This document shows positions 39,372 through 48,157 of a DNA stretch of 64,000 nt, in pieces (the first letter of the stretch is position 1; each line of letters starts with the position of its first letter). The DNA is from a virus. Below the pieces are notes generated by a model. That model saw only the letters and a program-made list of their open reading frames with translations. It did no database searches and was not told the origin of the DNA. The position numbers and the translations under genes are program-made. Location: IMG/VR virus record IMGVR_UViG_3300010396_000011, positions 3,818-67,817 of that record. One strand, given 5' to 3'.

Positions 39372-39621
39372 TGGGCGGCGGGACCTCCTTATGCTCTTTC
39401 TTCCATCGTTCTATAGCGTTTAGAATGACGTGGTTCGTCGGCGATCCTTTATCTTTTAGGATCTCGATAAGCGCCGCCGCGTCGGGAACTTCTACCCACA
39501 GAGTGAGCGCTTCGGCGGCAGCTTCCTTATCCGCCATCCTGCGCTTGGGGGCCTCTTCGCGAAATCTCCAAGCCAGATCCTTGGGTAGCGTGAACGTCGT
39601 TTTAACGTTTTCTTCTGACAT
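39310..39621 (-). CDS. Putative repressor, ribbon-helix-helix type
   Basis: VKTTFTLPKDLAWRFREEA..RRM..KEAAAEAL..W; divergent from the early operon. Confidence 0.65.
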   Translation of the reverse strand: MSEENVKTTFTLPKDLAWRFREEAPKRRMADKEAAAEALTLWVEVPDAAALIEILKDKGSPTNHVILNAIERWKKEHKEVPPPNESGKKATRPRAVNDRRSTA

Positions 39622-39640
39622 AAATTAATAAACTTTAATT

Positions 39641-39690
39641 CCGTAAAACCGTCGGTTCTTATTGACGGCTTTACGGCTTTACGGCATAAT
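39641..39690 (+). promoter_or_regulatory. Early promoter with operator repeats
   Basis: TTGACG-17-CATAAT (39662-39690). ACGGC occurs three times at 8-bp period in the promoter; inverted copy CCGTAAAACCGTC at 39641-39653. Confidence 0.8.
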
Positions 39691-39697
39691 CGTGTAC

Positions 39698-39892
39698 GTG
39701 AAAGCCTTAAATACCAAAAAACAGAGAGTACCAGAACCAGACGCCGGAATAAAGCGGACCTCGGTGAATGTCTCTGCGGATCTCTGGGAAGATCTGAAGG
39801 TTTCCGCCATTCGGCGCAAGATGACGACCGGGGAAGCGGTCGAGCGCGCCATTCGACTGTGGATCAACACTGGCGAATCCGCGGCCGCGTAG
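39698..39892 (+). CDS. Ribbon-helix-helix regulator in the Cro position
   Basis: KRTSVNVSADLWEDLKVSAIRRKMTTGEAVERAIRLWI; GTG 7 nt after the -10 box (leaderless). Confidence 0.75.
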   Translation: MKALNTKKQRVPEPDAGIKRTSVNVSADLWEDLKVSAIRRKMTTGEAVERAIRLWINTGESAAA

Positions 39893-39942
39893 ACCCCTAG
39901 GCCCCATTCTCAACAACGATTTCGAACTCACTAGGAGGAAGT

Positions 39943-40221
39943 GTGCCCGCATTCAAAGTTACTTCGAACTCGCGCCCCGCGAAATCCGCCAAAGGGACGA
40001 TTCTGCAATTTCCGCAGATCGACGAACGCCTTGGAAAACCGCTGACGGCGCGTGAATCCGAAGCTGTTGCGCTGCTGCCTCTACCAAACAAAAATATCGC
40101 GGCTGCGATGGGATGCGGCGTGAGAACCGCAAAGCAGCATCTGGCATCAGCGCGGGCCAAGTTCGGCGCGGCCAACAGATGCGAGTTGGCAATGATGACC
40201 GTGACTCGGCGGGCCGCGTAA
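39943..40221 (+). CDS. LuxR-type HTH regulator
   Basis: LTARESEAVALL..PNKNIAAAMGCGVRTAKQHL..ARAKFGAANR.EL. Confidence 0.85.
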   Translation: MPAFKVTSNSRPAKSAKGTILQFPQIDERLGKPLTARESEAVALLPLPNKNIAAAMGCGVRTAKQHLASARAKFGAANRCELAMMTVTRRAA

Positions 40222-40389
40222 TCGGAGGGATTTTATGGTCAAGCGAAAGACAAAAGAGACTGCGGCGGTATTCACGGCGTCTCAACTTGCCGTGGTGATC
40301 GAGCTAGTGCGCAAGCAACCACAGCGGGCCAGCACTCCGACCCCGCCGACTACGACGCGGCGGCTGGAAGTGATGAAGGCGAGGACGGC

Positions 40390-41064
40390 ATGATCGAAAT
40401 TCTCAATCGCTACACACGCGCGGTGATCTACGCGAGTGCCAGCGCCGAAACGATAGCCCAAGCGGTAGTTGAAGCGGCGAGGGTCCGCGCGAACCTCAGC
40501 TACGCGGACCTCAGAGAAGCGAACCTCAGCGGCGCGGACCTCAGAGAAGCGAACCTCAGCGGCGCGTACCTCAGCCGCGCGTACCTCAGCCGCGCGGACC
40601 TCAGAGACGCGGACCTCAGCGGCGCATACCTCAGAGACGCGGACCTCAGAGACGCGTACCTCAGCCGCGCGGACCTCAGAGACGCGGACCTCAGCGGCGC
40701 GTACCTCAGCCGCGCGTACCTCAGCCGCGCGGACCTCAGAGACGCGGACCTCAGCGGCGCGTACCTCAGCCGCGCGAACCTCAGAGACGCGGACCTCAGC
40801 GGCGCGAAAACCGATGCCGCCACCAAGATGGACCGCTGGTCGCTTGTGATTGTCGGATCGCGCCATGTCATCACGGCAACAGACCGTCTGGTTGCCATCG
40901 GTTGCCAGCGGCACTCACTGGACTGGTGGCTGGAGAACTACAAGACAGTAGGCTCCGAGAGCGGCTATAGCGCCGAAGAAATCGAAGAGTACGGCGGCCA
41001 CCTGAAGCGGATCGAAGCCGCCGCGAACGCCCTGAAATCCGATCTCGTTGCGAGGACGGCATGA
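40390..41064 (+). CDS. Pentapeptide repeat protein
   Basis: 21 A[NDY]L[SR]x units. Confidence 0.9.
   Translation: MIEILNRYTRAVIYASASAETIAQAVVEAARVRANLSYADLREANLSGADLREANLSGAYLSRAYLSRADLRDADLSGAYLRDADLRDAYLSRADLRDADLSGAYLSRAYLSRADLRDADLSGAYLSRANLRDADLSGAKTDAATKMDRWSLVIVGSRHVITATDRLVAIGCQRHSLDWWLENYKTVGSESGYSAEEIEEYGGHLKRIEAAANALKSDLVARTA
40489..40803 (+). repeat. 15-bp coding tandem repeat x21
   Basis: GCG[AGT]ACCTCAG[CA]NNN units. Confidence 0.9.
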
Positions 41065-41236
41065 CCCCGAACACCGTTTTCTACCGCCGCCCGGTCCACC
41101 AGCGGCCAGCAAAGCTGGACCCGGCGACGAATGACACCTGCTTCGGGCTGCTGCTCGGCTGCGCCATTGGCGCGGTGCTGTACGTGGTTGTGATTGCCGT
41201 GATAGCGATCAGCCACGGGTGGAAAGGATTTTAGAG

Positions 41237-41599
41237 ATGAGCGAGGCGATATGGACGCCGGGAACGTTTGACATTCCGCTGGGTGATCGTCCGCCGCGAG
41301 GCGCGCGCCACGAACTGTCGATGCTTAACGGCAGGCATACGACCGTCGATGCCCTGCATTGGAAATGCTTCGCCGTAACGCCGGTTCTCGATCCTATTGG
41401 CGGTAAGCCGACGGCGAGCTTCGACCTCACGCATAAGCCAACGGGATTTCGATTCAACCTTGTGCTGACTCAGGACAAGGCCAAGCAGCTTGCGGAGAGG
41501 GTCGCTGATTTGGACTGGAATTTCACAGACCCGGCTAACATGCCACATCGAACCAGGCTGTTGGCCAGCCGGATACGCCGGGAGTTTTTAGCGAAATGA
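41237..41599 (+). CDS. Hypothetical protein
   Basis: ORF in the early operon, coupled to the next gene. Confidence 0.55.
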   Translation: MSEAIWTPGTFDIPLGDRPPRGARHELSMLNGRHTTVDALHWKCFAVTPVLDPIGGKPTASFDLTHKPTGFRFNLVLTQDKAKQLAERVADLDWNFTDPANMPHRTRLLASRIRREFLAK

Positions 41600-42003
41600 G
41601 CCTGCCTTCCTCCAACTCCAATCCGGCGCGGTCTGTTGGGTCCGCGCCGGAATTTTTCGGCATGCTCGCTGCCAAGGAAGCGGAGATTCGCGGCCGCCGG
41701 CGAGAGATCAACGTGGAGAGAGTCGCAGACTCCCAGGAACAAGCGGCCATCCTCGCCCGCAATGAGAACGAAGCGCTATGCTGCGCCCGCGACCGCAATC
41801 TGCTGATCGAGGTTCGCGCGGCGATGGTGCGATTACAGCGCGGAGAATTCGGATTTTGCCTCTCCTGCGAGCGCCCTATCGGCGATAAGTGGCTTGTGGC
41901 GCTTCCATGGGCGAGTAAATGCGTACGCTGCGCTGATGCCCAGGAGCGCGTTGCGCGTGAGCAGTTAGAGCCCTGCGGAAGATTGCTGGAGGAAACGATA
42001 TGA
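41596..42003 (+). CDS. TraR/DksA family C4 zinc-finger protein
   Basis: EVRAAMVRLQRGEFGFCLSCERPIG..WL.ALPWA..CV.C. Confidence 0.85.
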   Translation: MSLPSSNSNPARSVGSAPEFFGMLAAKEAEIRGRRREINVERVADSQEQAAILARNENEALCCARDRNLLIEVRAAMVRLQRGEFGFCLSCERPIGDKWLVALPWASKCVRCADAQERVAREQLEPCGRLLEETI

Positions 42004-42263
42004 GACGCATGGTCTACATGATTGACGGTGTATCAGTGCCAAAGAAAACGTGGGAAGCACGCCAGATTTGGGGTGAGTACGCCGGGGCGAAGTTCTCCGT
42101 GTACGAGCCTGCGCCGAAGCGGGAGTTCACGCGGTGAACGGGTTTTGTAGATTCTGCCACCGCCTGACCGCCGACTGCATCTGCGACGTGCTTCGCGCGG
42201 CGGGATGTTCGGAGCGAGAGATCGCGGCGTATCTGCGAATAGTTTCGAGGGGAGAGAAATAGC

Positions 42264-42590
42264 ATGGCACAGATAAGCACGAAATGGACACCGGGGCCGT
42301 GGATGGTCAGAGGCAGACTCGGTTTCGCGAGTTACATCGTTGCCGAAGACGGTACGGCGATAGCGTGCGGATACGAGCATGGCACAGTGGCTGGAAATGC
42401 GAATGCCCAACTGATCGCCGCCGCGCCGGATCTCTACGATGCGCTGAAGGAAATCTGCGATGCGCTGATAGGTGCCCAGGCTGCGAATCCGGAAGCATCG
42501 GCGGAGTTCTTTGAAGAGATCGTTGAGATCGAGCCCGGCTACCGAACCAGAATGTGCGCCGCCCTCGCCCAAGCCCGAGGTGAGCAGTGA
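42264..42590 (+). CDS. Phage hypothetical protein
   Basis: WTPGPW...ANAQLIAAAPDLYDALK, a common phage motif. Confidence 0.75.
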   Translation: MAQISTKWTPGPWMVRGRLGFASYIVAEDGTAIACGYEHGTVAGNANAQLIAAAPDLYDALKEICDALIGAQAANPEASAEFFEEIVEIEPGYRTRMCAALAQARGEQ

Positions 42591-42908
42591 CCTCCCTCGA
42601 ATCCGCAAGCGACCGCGACTTCACCGAACAGGCGAACCCGCAAGAGCCCGAACCGGACCTCGGCGACGTGTGCCTGCACTGTTGGGCCGTGGGAGATCAG
42701 CCATGCGAACCAGAATGTCCGACGAGAAGGGGGAGAGCGTGAGCGAAGCCCGAAAGCGCCGCAAAGTCGAAGAGGCTGACATGAAAGATCACGTAATCGT
42801 CATCACCGTCTTCACTACGAATGACAAGCAGATTCGGCTTCCTGGGCTTTGCGAGTCCGACGCCTGGGATCTGGCCCACAAGTTAAGGCTATTCGGATTT
42901 GAGTGTGC

Positions 42909-44192
42909 TCAATGACCACAACTAAACAATTCGACCAGATGTGGCAGGGACACACCGTAGTCATCGGTGCTTCGGAGCCAGCACTCCACCAGTCCAGAGA
43001 ACGCTTTGGGCTTCTCAACGTGCTTGGCTTGGCCGAAGAGAACCTTGGCTCTGATGGCTTCAAACGAGTAGCCACGGCCCATTCGGTTGGCGACCTTCGC
43101 CATGCCGTTCACGGCTTCAGTGTAGGCGTTCGTGACCTTGTAGTCGAAGTAGTTGAAGATTTCGGGACGCCAATTGTCCACGGCCCGGATGACCTCAAAG
43201 AAGGCATCGCAGGTCTTCTTATCGCCTTGAAGGTATTCCTTCCATGTGTCGTACAGGTCCATCGCTTCGGCTTTGGTCTTGCAGTCGTAGATCTGGAAGA
43301 AGTCTTCTTTGGCGTTGTATGCGTTGAACAGGATCGGGACCAAATCAGTCCACTCCTGCATTGCCCGGAACTCTTCGGGCGTGAGATCGTGGCGGCGTTT
43401 GAGAAGCAACTTACGGCCTCTCAGGAGCTTGCGCCGTCCTTTCAAATCCAGTCCTTCACGGAAGGTCTTACGGATCGTATCGAGTGCGTGGTTCGCCAGC
43501 TTCACCACATGGAACACGTCTACGATACAGATGGCATTGGGCAAAACGTCCAGCACGGCATCCCGGTACGGCTTCCACATGTCCATGGTGACGACCTGAA
43601 TGCGTTCTTTCTCAGGCAAGCATTGGAGCCACTTCACGACGGTGGGCTTGTTCCTATCCACCAGAATGTCAACGACAGTGTTCTCAGCAACATTGGTCAA
43701 CATGCAACGGGGTTTGCGGATCAGGAACAGTTCGTCGATCCCAAGCCAAACCGGAGTTTCCGGCATCCAGCCGTTGTTCAGGTTGCGAACGTGGTCAAAG
43801 AAGATGTTACGGACGGTCTTTTCGTCCCGGCCCACGTCGCCAGCAACTTGGGTGAAGGTGCGTTCCAGACTCAGGGTCTGGATGTGGTGCAACAGGCGAG
43901 TGGTCATCTGCCGCTTGTCGTCCATGAAGTAGAGCGGCTGGAAGAACGTCTTCTGGCATTCCAAGCATTTGTACCGCTGGCGTCGGACTTGAATCATGGC
44001 ACGCTTGCCATGGATCGGGGTGTCGATGAAGCACTGGATCTGAACGCCGTGCCGCTTCAGTTGCGGCCCTTCAATGCCACACCGGACACAAAACTCAACG
44101 GGCTTGGTGAACTCGGCAGTAATCACCATATCGTGCTCATCTTCCCTTCGATCCAGCACGTTGTAGCCTTCCATTCCCAGAATGTTTGGCAA
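42909..44192 (-). CDS. ISL3-family transposase
   Basis: CxxC zinc fingers, LGIDE, VTMDMWKPY, VDVFHVV, TNAYTEAVN..K...R.GRGY.FE..RAKVL. Likely TTG start at 44192. Confidence 0.95.
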   Translation of the reverse strand: MPNILGMEGYNVLDRREDEHDMVITAEFTKPVEFCVRCGIEGPQLKRHGVQIQCFIDTPIHGKRAMIQVRRQRYKCLECQKTFFQPLYFMDDKRQMTTRLLHHIQTLSLERTFTQVAGDVGRDEKTVRNIFFDHVRNLNNGWMPETPVWLGIDELFLIRKPRCMLTNVAENTVVDILVDRNKPTVVKWLQCLPEKERIQVVTMDMWKPYRDAVLDVLPNAICIVDVFHVVKLANHALDTIRKTFREGLDLKGRRKLLRGRKLLLKRRHDLTPEEFRAMQEWTDLVPILFNAYNAKEDFFQIYDCKTKAEAMDLYDTWKEYLQGDKKTCDAFFEVIRAVDNWRPEIFNYFDYKVTNAYTEAVNGMAKVANRMGRGYSFEAIRAKVLFGQAKHVEKPKAFSGLVECWLRSTDDYGVSLPHLVELFSCGH

Positions 44193-44242
44193 GAGAACAG
44201 GATAACAAGATCGGATTCTTGTGTGCTCACCGGGAGTACCAG

Positions 44243-44908
44243 ATGAGTACCATGCGATTCGCTTACGCAGATCCGCCATACATTGGACAGGCGAAGAAGC
44301 ACTACTCGCATGATCCGGCGTGCGCCGAAGTAGACCACCGGGAACTGATTGATCGGCTCGTGGCCGAATACCCCGATGGGTGGGCGTTGTCTCTTAGTTC
44401 TCCATCGCTCAAGTACATCATTTCGCTTTGCCCGGACGATGTACGGGTGATGCCGTGGGTGAAGCCGTTCTGTTCCTTCAAGCCGGGGGTCGGAGTGGCA
44501 TACGCATGGGAGCCAATCATCGTTCGTGGTGGTAGGCCACGGACACGCCAACAGGCCACCATTCGGGATTGGGTAGAGGCCAACATCACGCTTCAGAAGG
44601 GTCTGTCCGGTGCAAAGCCCAAGCACGTCTGCTACTGGCTCTTCGATGTATTCAATGTACTGCCGGGGGATAGCCTTGATGACTTGTTCCCCGGCACTGG
44701 CATTGTTGGACGTTGCTTCGCTGAGTACACGTCCAAGCCAACCATTACAGACAGTCCGCTCTTCCAGTTCGATGAACGAAGTGCGATGGCAGTAGAAGAC
44801 TTGGAGCGTCAGGGATACCACTTTAATGAGATCCCTGTTGGTGACAAATTACTGCGGATTCCAGTGTGCCCTAACACAGTGAAATCCGAAGAGAGAACGA
44901 ATGAATGA
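44243..44908 (+). CDS. Cargo: minimal amino-methyltransferase-like protein
   Basis: YADPPY at the N-terminus, GAKP, and DDLFPGTG SAM-binding motif (beta-class order). Confidence 0.75.
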   Translation: MSTMRFAYADPPYIGQAKKHYSHDPACAEVDHRELIDRLVAEYPDGWALSLSSPSLKYIISLCPDDVRVMPWVKPFCSFKPGVGVAYAWEPIIVRGGRPRTRQQATIRDWVEANITLQKGLSGAKPKHVCYWLFDVFNVLPGDSLDDLFPGTGIVGRCFAEYTSKPTITDSPLFQFDERSAMAVEDLERQGYHFNEIPVGDKLLRIPVCPNTVKSEERTNE

Positions 44909-45018
44909 ACAGCGAACAATATGCGAAGCAACACACAAGAATCCGAATACCCCAAGTTAAACGACTACTACCCGGAAGCGTTGATTGAGGTGGCGCACAA
45001 GGGCATGAGGATCAGCGT

Positions 45019-45240
45019 ATGACCCCGACCACCTACGCACTCCTCGCCCGCGAGCGCAAGGCCGCGAAGATAGCGGATGCCCTTCAAAAGATCGGCATCA
45101 CCTCCGACGAAGCAGCCACGGCCACGGAGAACGAATATGGCATGGCGGCGGAACTGGCCGGCACGAAGGTTCCGAGTGCGGCGACCTGGGCTGTGGTGGT
45201 GGATATGTTGCGAAGGAGCCAAGCGGGAGCACTGGTATGA
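45019..45240 (+). CDS. Hypothetical protein
   Basis: 73 aa, translationally coupled on both sides. Confidence 0.6.
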   Translation: MTPTTYALLARERKAAKIADALQKIGITSDEAATATENEYGMAAELAGTKVPSAATWAVVVDMLRRSQAGALV

Positions 45241-45857
45241 CAGCAGCAGCGCGTCTCGAATTCGACGAGATAACGCATTCGTACACGATTGATGGTGCGC
45301 GCGTGCCGAGCGTGACGGCGGTACTTGAAGACGTCGGCATTATCGACTATTCCGCCATTCCTGACGGCACGCGCATTATGTCGCTGGAGCGTGGGCGCTT
45401 CGTCCACTCTCTCTGCCAATTCGATGACGAAGGCTCGCTGGATGAGAGCACGGTGGACCCGCGCTTATCTGGATACCTCCACGCTTGGCGCCGGTTTCGC
45501 TCGGACCATGGATTCCGGCCGGACCTGAATGAGCACCGCGATTACTGCGCTGCATTCGGATACGCGGGAACACTGGACCGCCGCGGCGTATTCGAGCACG
45601 TATACGGCAGCCCCGCGCCGACCGGCGAGGCGTTGATAGACATAAAAACAAGCGTGGCGCCATTTTGGGCCGCGTACCAGACTGCCGCGTACGCCAACTT
45701 TTTTGACAGCCCCGCGAAGTACCGACGCATGGCGGTGGAACTCCACGCCGACGAGACGTACCGCGTGCACGAATACCGGTGCTCGGACTTCGCAAAACAT
45801 CTGAACGTTTTCCTCGCGGCACTCGCCGTTTACAACGCCAAAAGGAGCACCAGGTAA
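45237..45857 (+). CDS. PD-(D/E)XK exonuclease (recombination module)
   Basis: H.Y...G..VPSVT.VL, RG..VH, GYAGTLDR, IDIKT, Q.AAY motifs. Confidence 0.85.
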   Translation: MTAAARLEFDEITHSYTIDGARVPSVTAVLEDVGIIDYSAIPDGTRIMSLERGRFVHSLCQFDDEGSLDESTVDPRLSGYLHAWRRFRSDHGFRPDLNEHRDYCAAFGYAGTLDRRGVFEHVYGSPAPTGEALIDIKTSVAPFWAAYQTAAYANFFDSPAKYRRMAVELHADETYRVHEYRCSDFAKHLNVFLAALAVYNAKRSTR

Positions 45858-45859
45858 AT

Positions 45860-46552
45860 ATGAGCGCACAACCAATTACAGCAGCACCTCCAATTTTAGA
45901 AGAACGCGCGATGACCATAACTCAGCGCGCCCAAGCGATTCGCGTGGTGGATCAGCTGAGTTACGAACAGGCCGCAGAGATGCTCCTGGGCATCAAGGAT
46001 CTGCGGAGGGAAGCGGAGGACCATCACCGTCCAATGATCGATGCCGCGCACAAATCGTGGAAATCGGCGCTCGCCGGTCTTCATCGAATCGATGGCCCAC
46101 TTTGCGAAGCCGAGAAGATCCTGAAAAACGGCATCGGTGGTTACGAGTCCGAACAGCGGCGTCTCCAGCAGGAACGCGAACGCGAAGCGCGGGAAGCGGC
46201 GGAGCGTGCGCAAGCAGAGTTGCTGGAAGCATCGATCGAAGCGGCCGAAGCCGAAGGCGCGAGCGTAGAGGAAGTGCGAGCCATCATCGAACAGCCGATG
46301 GTCGCGCCCACGGTCACGGTCGCGCCGACGATTCAGAAAGTCTCCGGCGTGAGCATGGCCAAAACGTACCGCGCCGAAGTTTCCAACCTTCGCGAACTTT
46401 GTAAGGCAGTGGCGTTAGGCACGGTTCCCGAGGCCTATGTCACCGCGAACATGCCGGCGTTAAACGGCGTGGCGCGTTCAACTCGGGGCTCACTCAGAAT
46501 TCCCGGCGTGCGCATAGTCGAAGAAACCAACGTGCGTGCCGGGCGGAGATAA
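45860..46552 (+). CDS. Coiled-coil phage protein (Gam/Gp157-like)
   Basis: Long coiled coil ending IPGVRIVEE; lies between the exonuclease and recT. Confidence 0.6.
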   Translation: MSAQPITAAPPILEERAMTITQRAQAIRVVDQLSYEQAAEMLLGIKDLRREAEDHHRPMIDAAHKSWKSALAGLHRIDGPLCEAEKILKNGIGGYESEQRRLQQEREREAREAAERAQAELLEASIEAAEAEGASVEEVRAIIEQPMVAPTVTVAPTIQKVSGVSMAKTYRAEVSNLRELCKAVALGTVPEAYVTANMPALNGVARSTRGSLRIPGVRIVEETNVRAGRR

Positions 46553-46557
46553 ACGAA

Positions 46558-47598
46558 ATGGCAACTCAAACGACAGCACCACCGAACAACGCGGTAGCTA
46601 GACAGCAGGCGCCTACTGGCCTCGCGACCGTCCAGAACTTGCTCGAAAAATTCAAGGGCCAGATTCAGGTCGCCCTGCCCAAGCACATGACTCCGGAGCG
46701 CATGATTCGCGTAGCGCTCACGGCTATGTCGCAGAATCCGCTACTGCAAAAGTGCGATCCACTGACGGTCTGCGCCTCGGTAGTGCAGGCATCGATTCTC
46801 GGCCTGGAGCCGAACAGCGCTCTCGGCGAGGCCTATCTGATCCCGTTCTGGAATCACAAGGGAAATGGCGGGCGCGGCGGCTACGATTGCCAACTGCAGA
46901 TCGGCTACAAGGGGCATACGAAGCTCGCTCGTAACTCCGGCGAAATCGCAATGATCGATGCGCAGCCCGTGTTCGAGGCTGACGAATTCGACTGCGAAAA
47001 AGGAGACTCGCCGTACCTGAAACATAAGTGGGCGAAGACTGGAAGCCGTGGGAAGATCATCGGGTATTGGGCCGGATTCAAGACGAAGGATGGTACCTTC
47101 TCTTTCGAATACTGGCCGTTAGAGCAGATCTACGAGCACCGCGACAAGTACAGTCAGGGAGCGTACAAGCGCGAGCGCGGCAAGGTCGTTCTCGACGAAA
47201 AGGGGCAGAAGGTTCTTCAGGGTCCGTGGAAAGATAGCCCTGACTGGATGTGCCGCAAGACCGTCCTCATTCAGGCTCTAAAACTGGCACCGAAGTCCGT
47301 GCACCTGGCAACTGCGATCGCTCTCGACGAGGCTCACGACGCCGGCATCCGCCAGCAGTTCAGCATCGACGTTCCGCTGGAATTGCAGCCTCCGGTGGAA
47401 GCGGAAGACACCGATCCGCCATTGCAAGAGCCGCAACGCACCGGATCGTCGGAAGCCGCGCCGAAACCCTGTACCACGAAGCCGCCATCGATTCTCGACG
47501 ACAGCGACGAATTCGACGGCGACACCCTGCTCTGGCAGAAAGTGAAGGGCGTCGTATACCACCTGAATTCGGACGGCAAGGGTTACCACAAGCATTAA
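46558..47598 (+). CDS. recT: RecT-family single-strand annealing protein
   Basis: ALPKHMTPERMIRVAL, LGLEPN..LGEAYLIPF, QLQIGYKG..LAR.SG, M..KTV..ALK.AP.S. Confidence 0.92.
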   Translation: MATQTTAPPNNAVARQQAPTGLATVQNLLEKFKGQIQVALPKHMTPERMIRVALTAMSQNPLLQKCDPLTVCASVVQASILGLEPNSALGEAYLIPFWNHKGNGGRGGYDCQLQIGYKGHTKLARNSGEIAMIDAQPVFEADEFDCEKGDSPYLKHKWAKTGSRGKIIGYWAGFKTKDGTFSFEYWPLEQIYEHRDKYSQGAYKRERGKVVLDEKGQKVLQGPWKDSPDWMCRKTVLIQALKLAPKSVHLATAIALDEAHDAGIRQQFSIDVPLELQPPVEAEDTDPPLQEPQRTGSSEAAPKPCTTKPPSILDDSDEFDGDTLLWQKVKGVVYHLNSDGKGYHKH

Positions 47599-47601
47599 CG
47601 G

Positions 47602-47697
47602 GCTCGGAGGCGCTAGCGATAGCGCCCTCTGGTAGCCGCTGGCAACGTTCCGGTTTCCTGGGGAGGATCTGAGGATTGCGCCAGCGGCTACCTGAGC
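47602..47697 (+). ncRNA. Structured intergenic element (branched hairpin)
   Basis: GGCGCTA-GCGA-TAGCGCC and 13-bp GGTAGCCGCTGGC/GCCAGCGGCTACC, closed by GCTC/GAGC. Confidence 0.5.
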
Positions 47698-47704
47698 AAA
47701 AAAC

Positions 47705-48157
47705 GGCTATTCGGATTTGAGTGTGGAGAAACGTTGAAATGACATTGCATCCAAAATCGGATTCTGGTGTGGCTTCTGGTGACGGTCGGGAAAGTATGCC
47801 GTTACGGGCCGTCGTTCAGGACGGCAATCTAGTCGTCTCCATCGGTATCCGCACGCTGGCTTTTGCCTTTGAGAATGGCGAGGGAAACAACCCGTATGAC
47901 GAGTCTTCAGGGAAGTTCAAGCGGGAGTTCCAGATAGCCGATCCTCTTCAATTTGCCGAAGATGTCTGCCACGAAATCAACGATGAGGAAGAGGACGGCA
48001 GCACGCCGCTGACCCGATTCTTGGATTACATGATGGACAAGGCTGTCGATAACGGCAGTCTCGGAATCTTGGACCCGGAAGACGATGAACCACACGCAGC
48101 GAATCCCGATGGAGTTGACGGTGATGGAGCAAAAACCACACCAGAATCCGAATAGCC
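47705..48157. mobile_element. Non-autonomous ISL3-derived element with a cargo gene
   Basis: Left end is identical to the ISL3 left TIR (21 bp). Right end CCACACCAGAATCCGAATAGCC. Flanks are CAAAAAAC and CAAAAAAAC. Confidence 0.85.
47739..48155 (+). CDS. Cargo: acidic phage hypothetical protein
   Basis: LVVSIGIRTLAFA...EEEDGST.L...D; its stop codon lies inside the right TIR. Confidence 0.7.
   Translation: MTLHPKSDSGVASGDGRESMPLRAVVQDGNLVVSIGIRTLAFAFENGEGNNPYDESSGKFKREFQIADPLQFAEDVCHEINDEEEDGSTPLTRFLDYMMDKAVDNGSLGILDPEDDEPHAANPDGVDGDGAKTTPESE

Larger units (their letters stand above)
42887..44952. mobile_element. ISL3-family transposon carrying cargo
   Basis: TIRs GGCTATTCGGATTTGAGTGTG and (rc) GGGTATTCGGATTCTTGTGTG; perfect 8-bp TSD CAAGTTAA at 42879-42886 and 44953-44960. 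Confidence 0.92.
42781..45022 (+). pseudogene. 55-aa phage gene interrupted by the ISL3 element
   Basis: Joining 42781-42886 to 44961-45022 restores MKDHVIV...AHKL-NDYYPEALIEVAHKGMRISV*, whose stop overlaps the next ATG (ATGA at 45019). Confidence 0.8.

Noticed and set aside
40489-40803. Regular short repeats resembling a CRISPR array
   Set aside because: The 15-bp units have no unique spacers and encode an in-frame pentapeptide repeat. No cas operon is present.
42903-44246. 447-aa plus-strand ORF
   Set aside because: It is the antisense shadow of the transposase and has no recognisable motifs.
45237-45857. Cas4 indicating CRISPR adaptation
   Set aside because: It lacks the Fe-S cysteine set, and its position next to recT indicates a recombination exonuclease.
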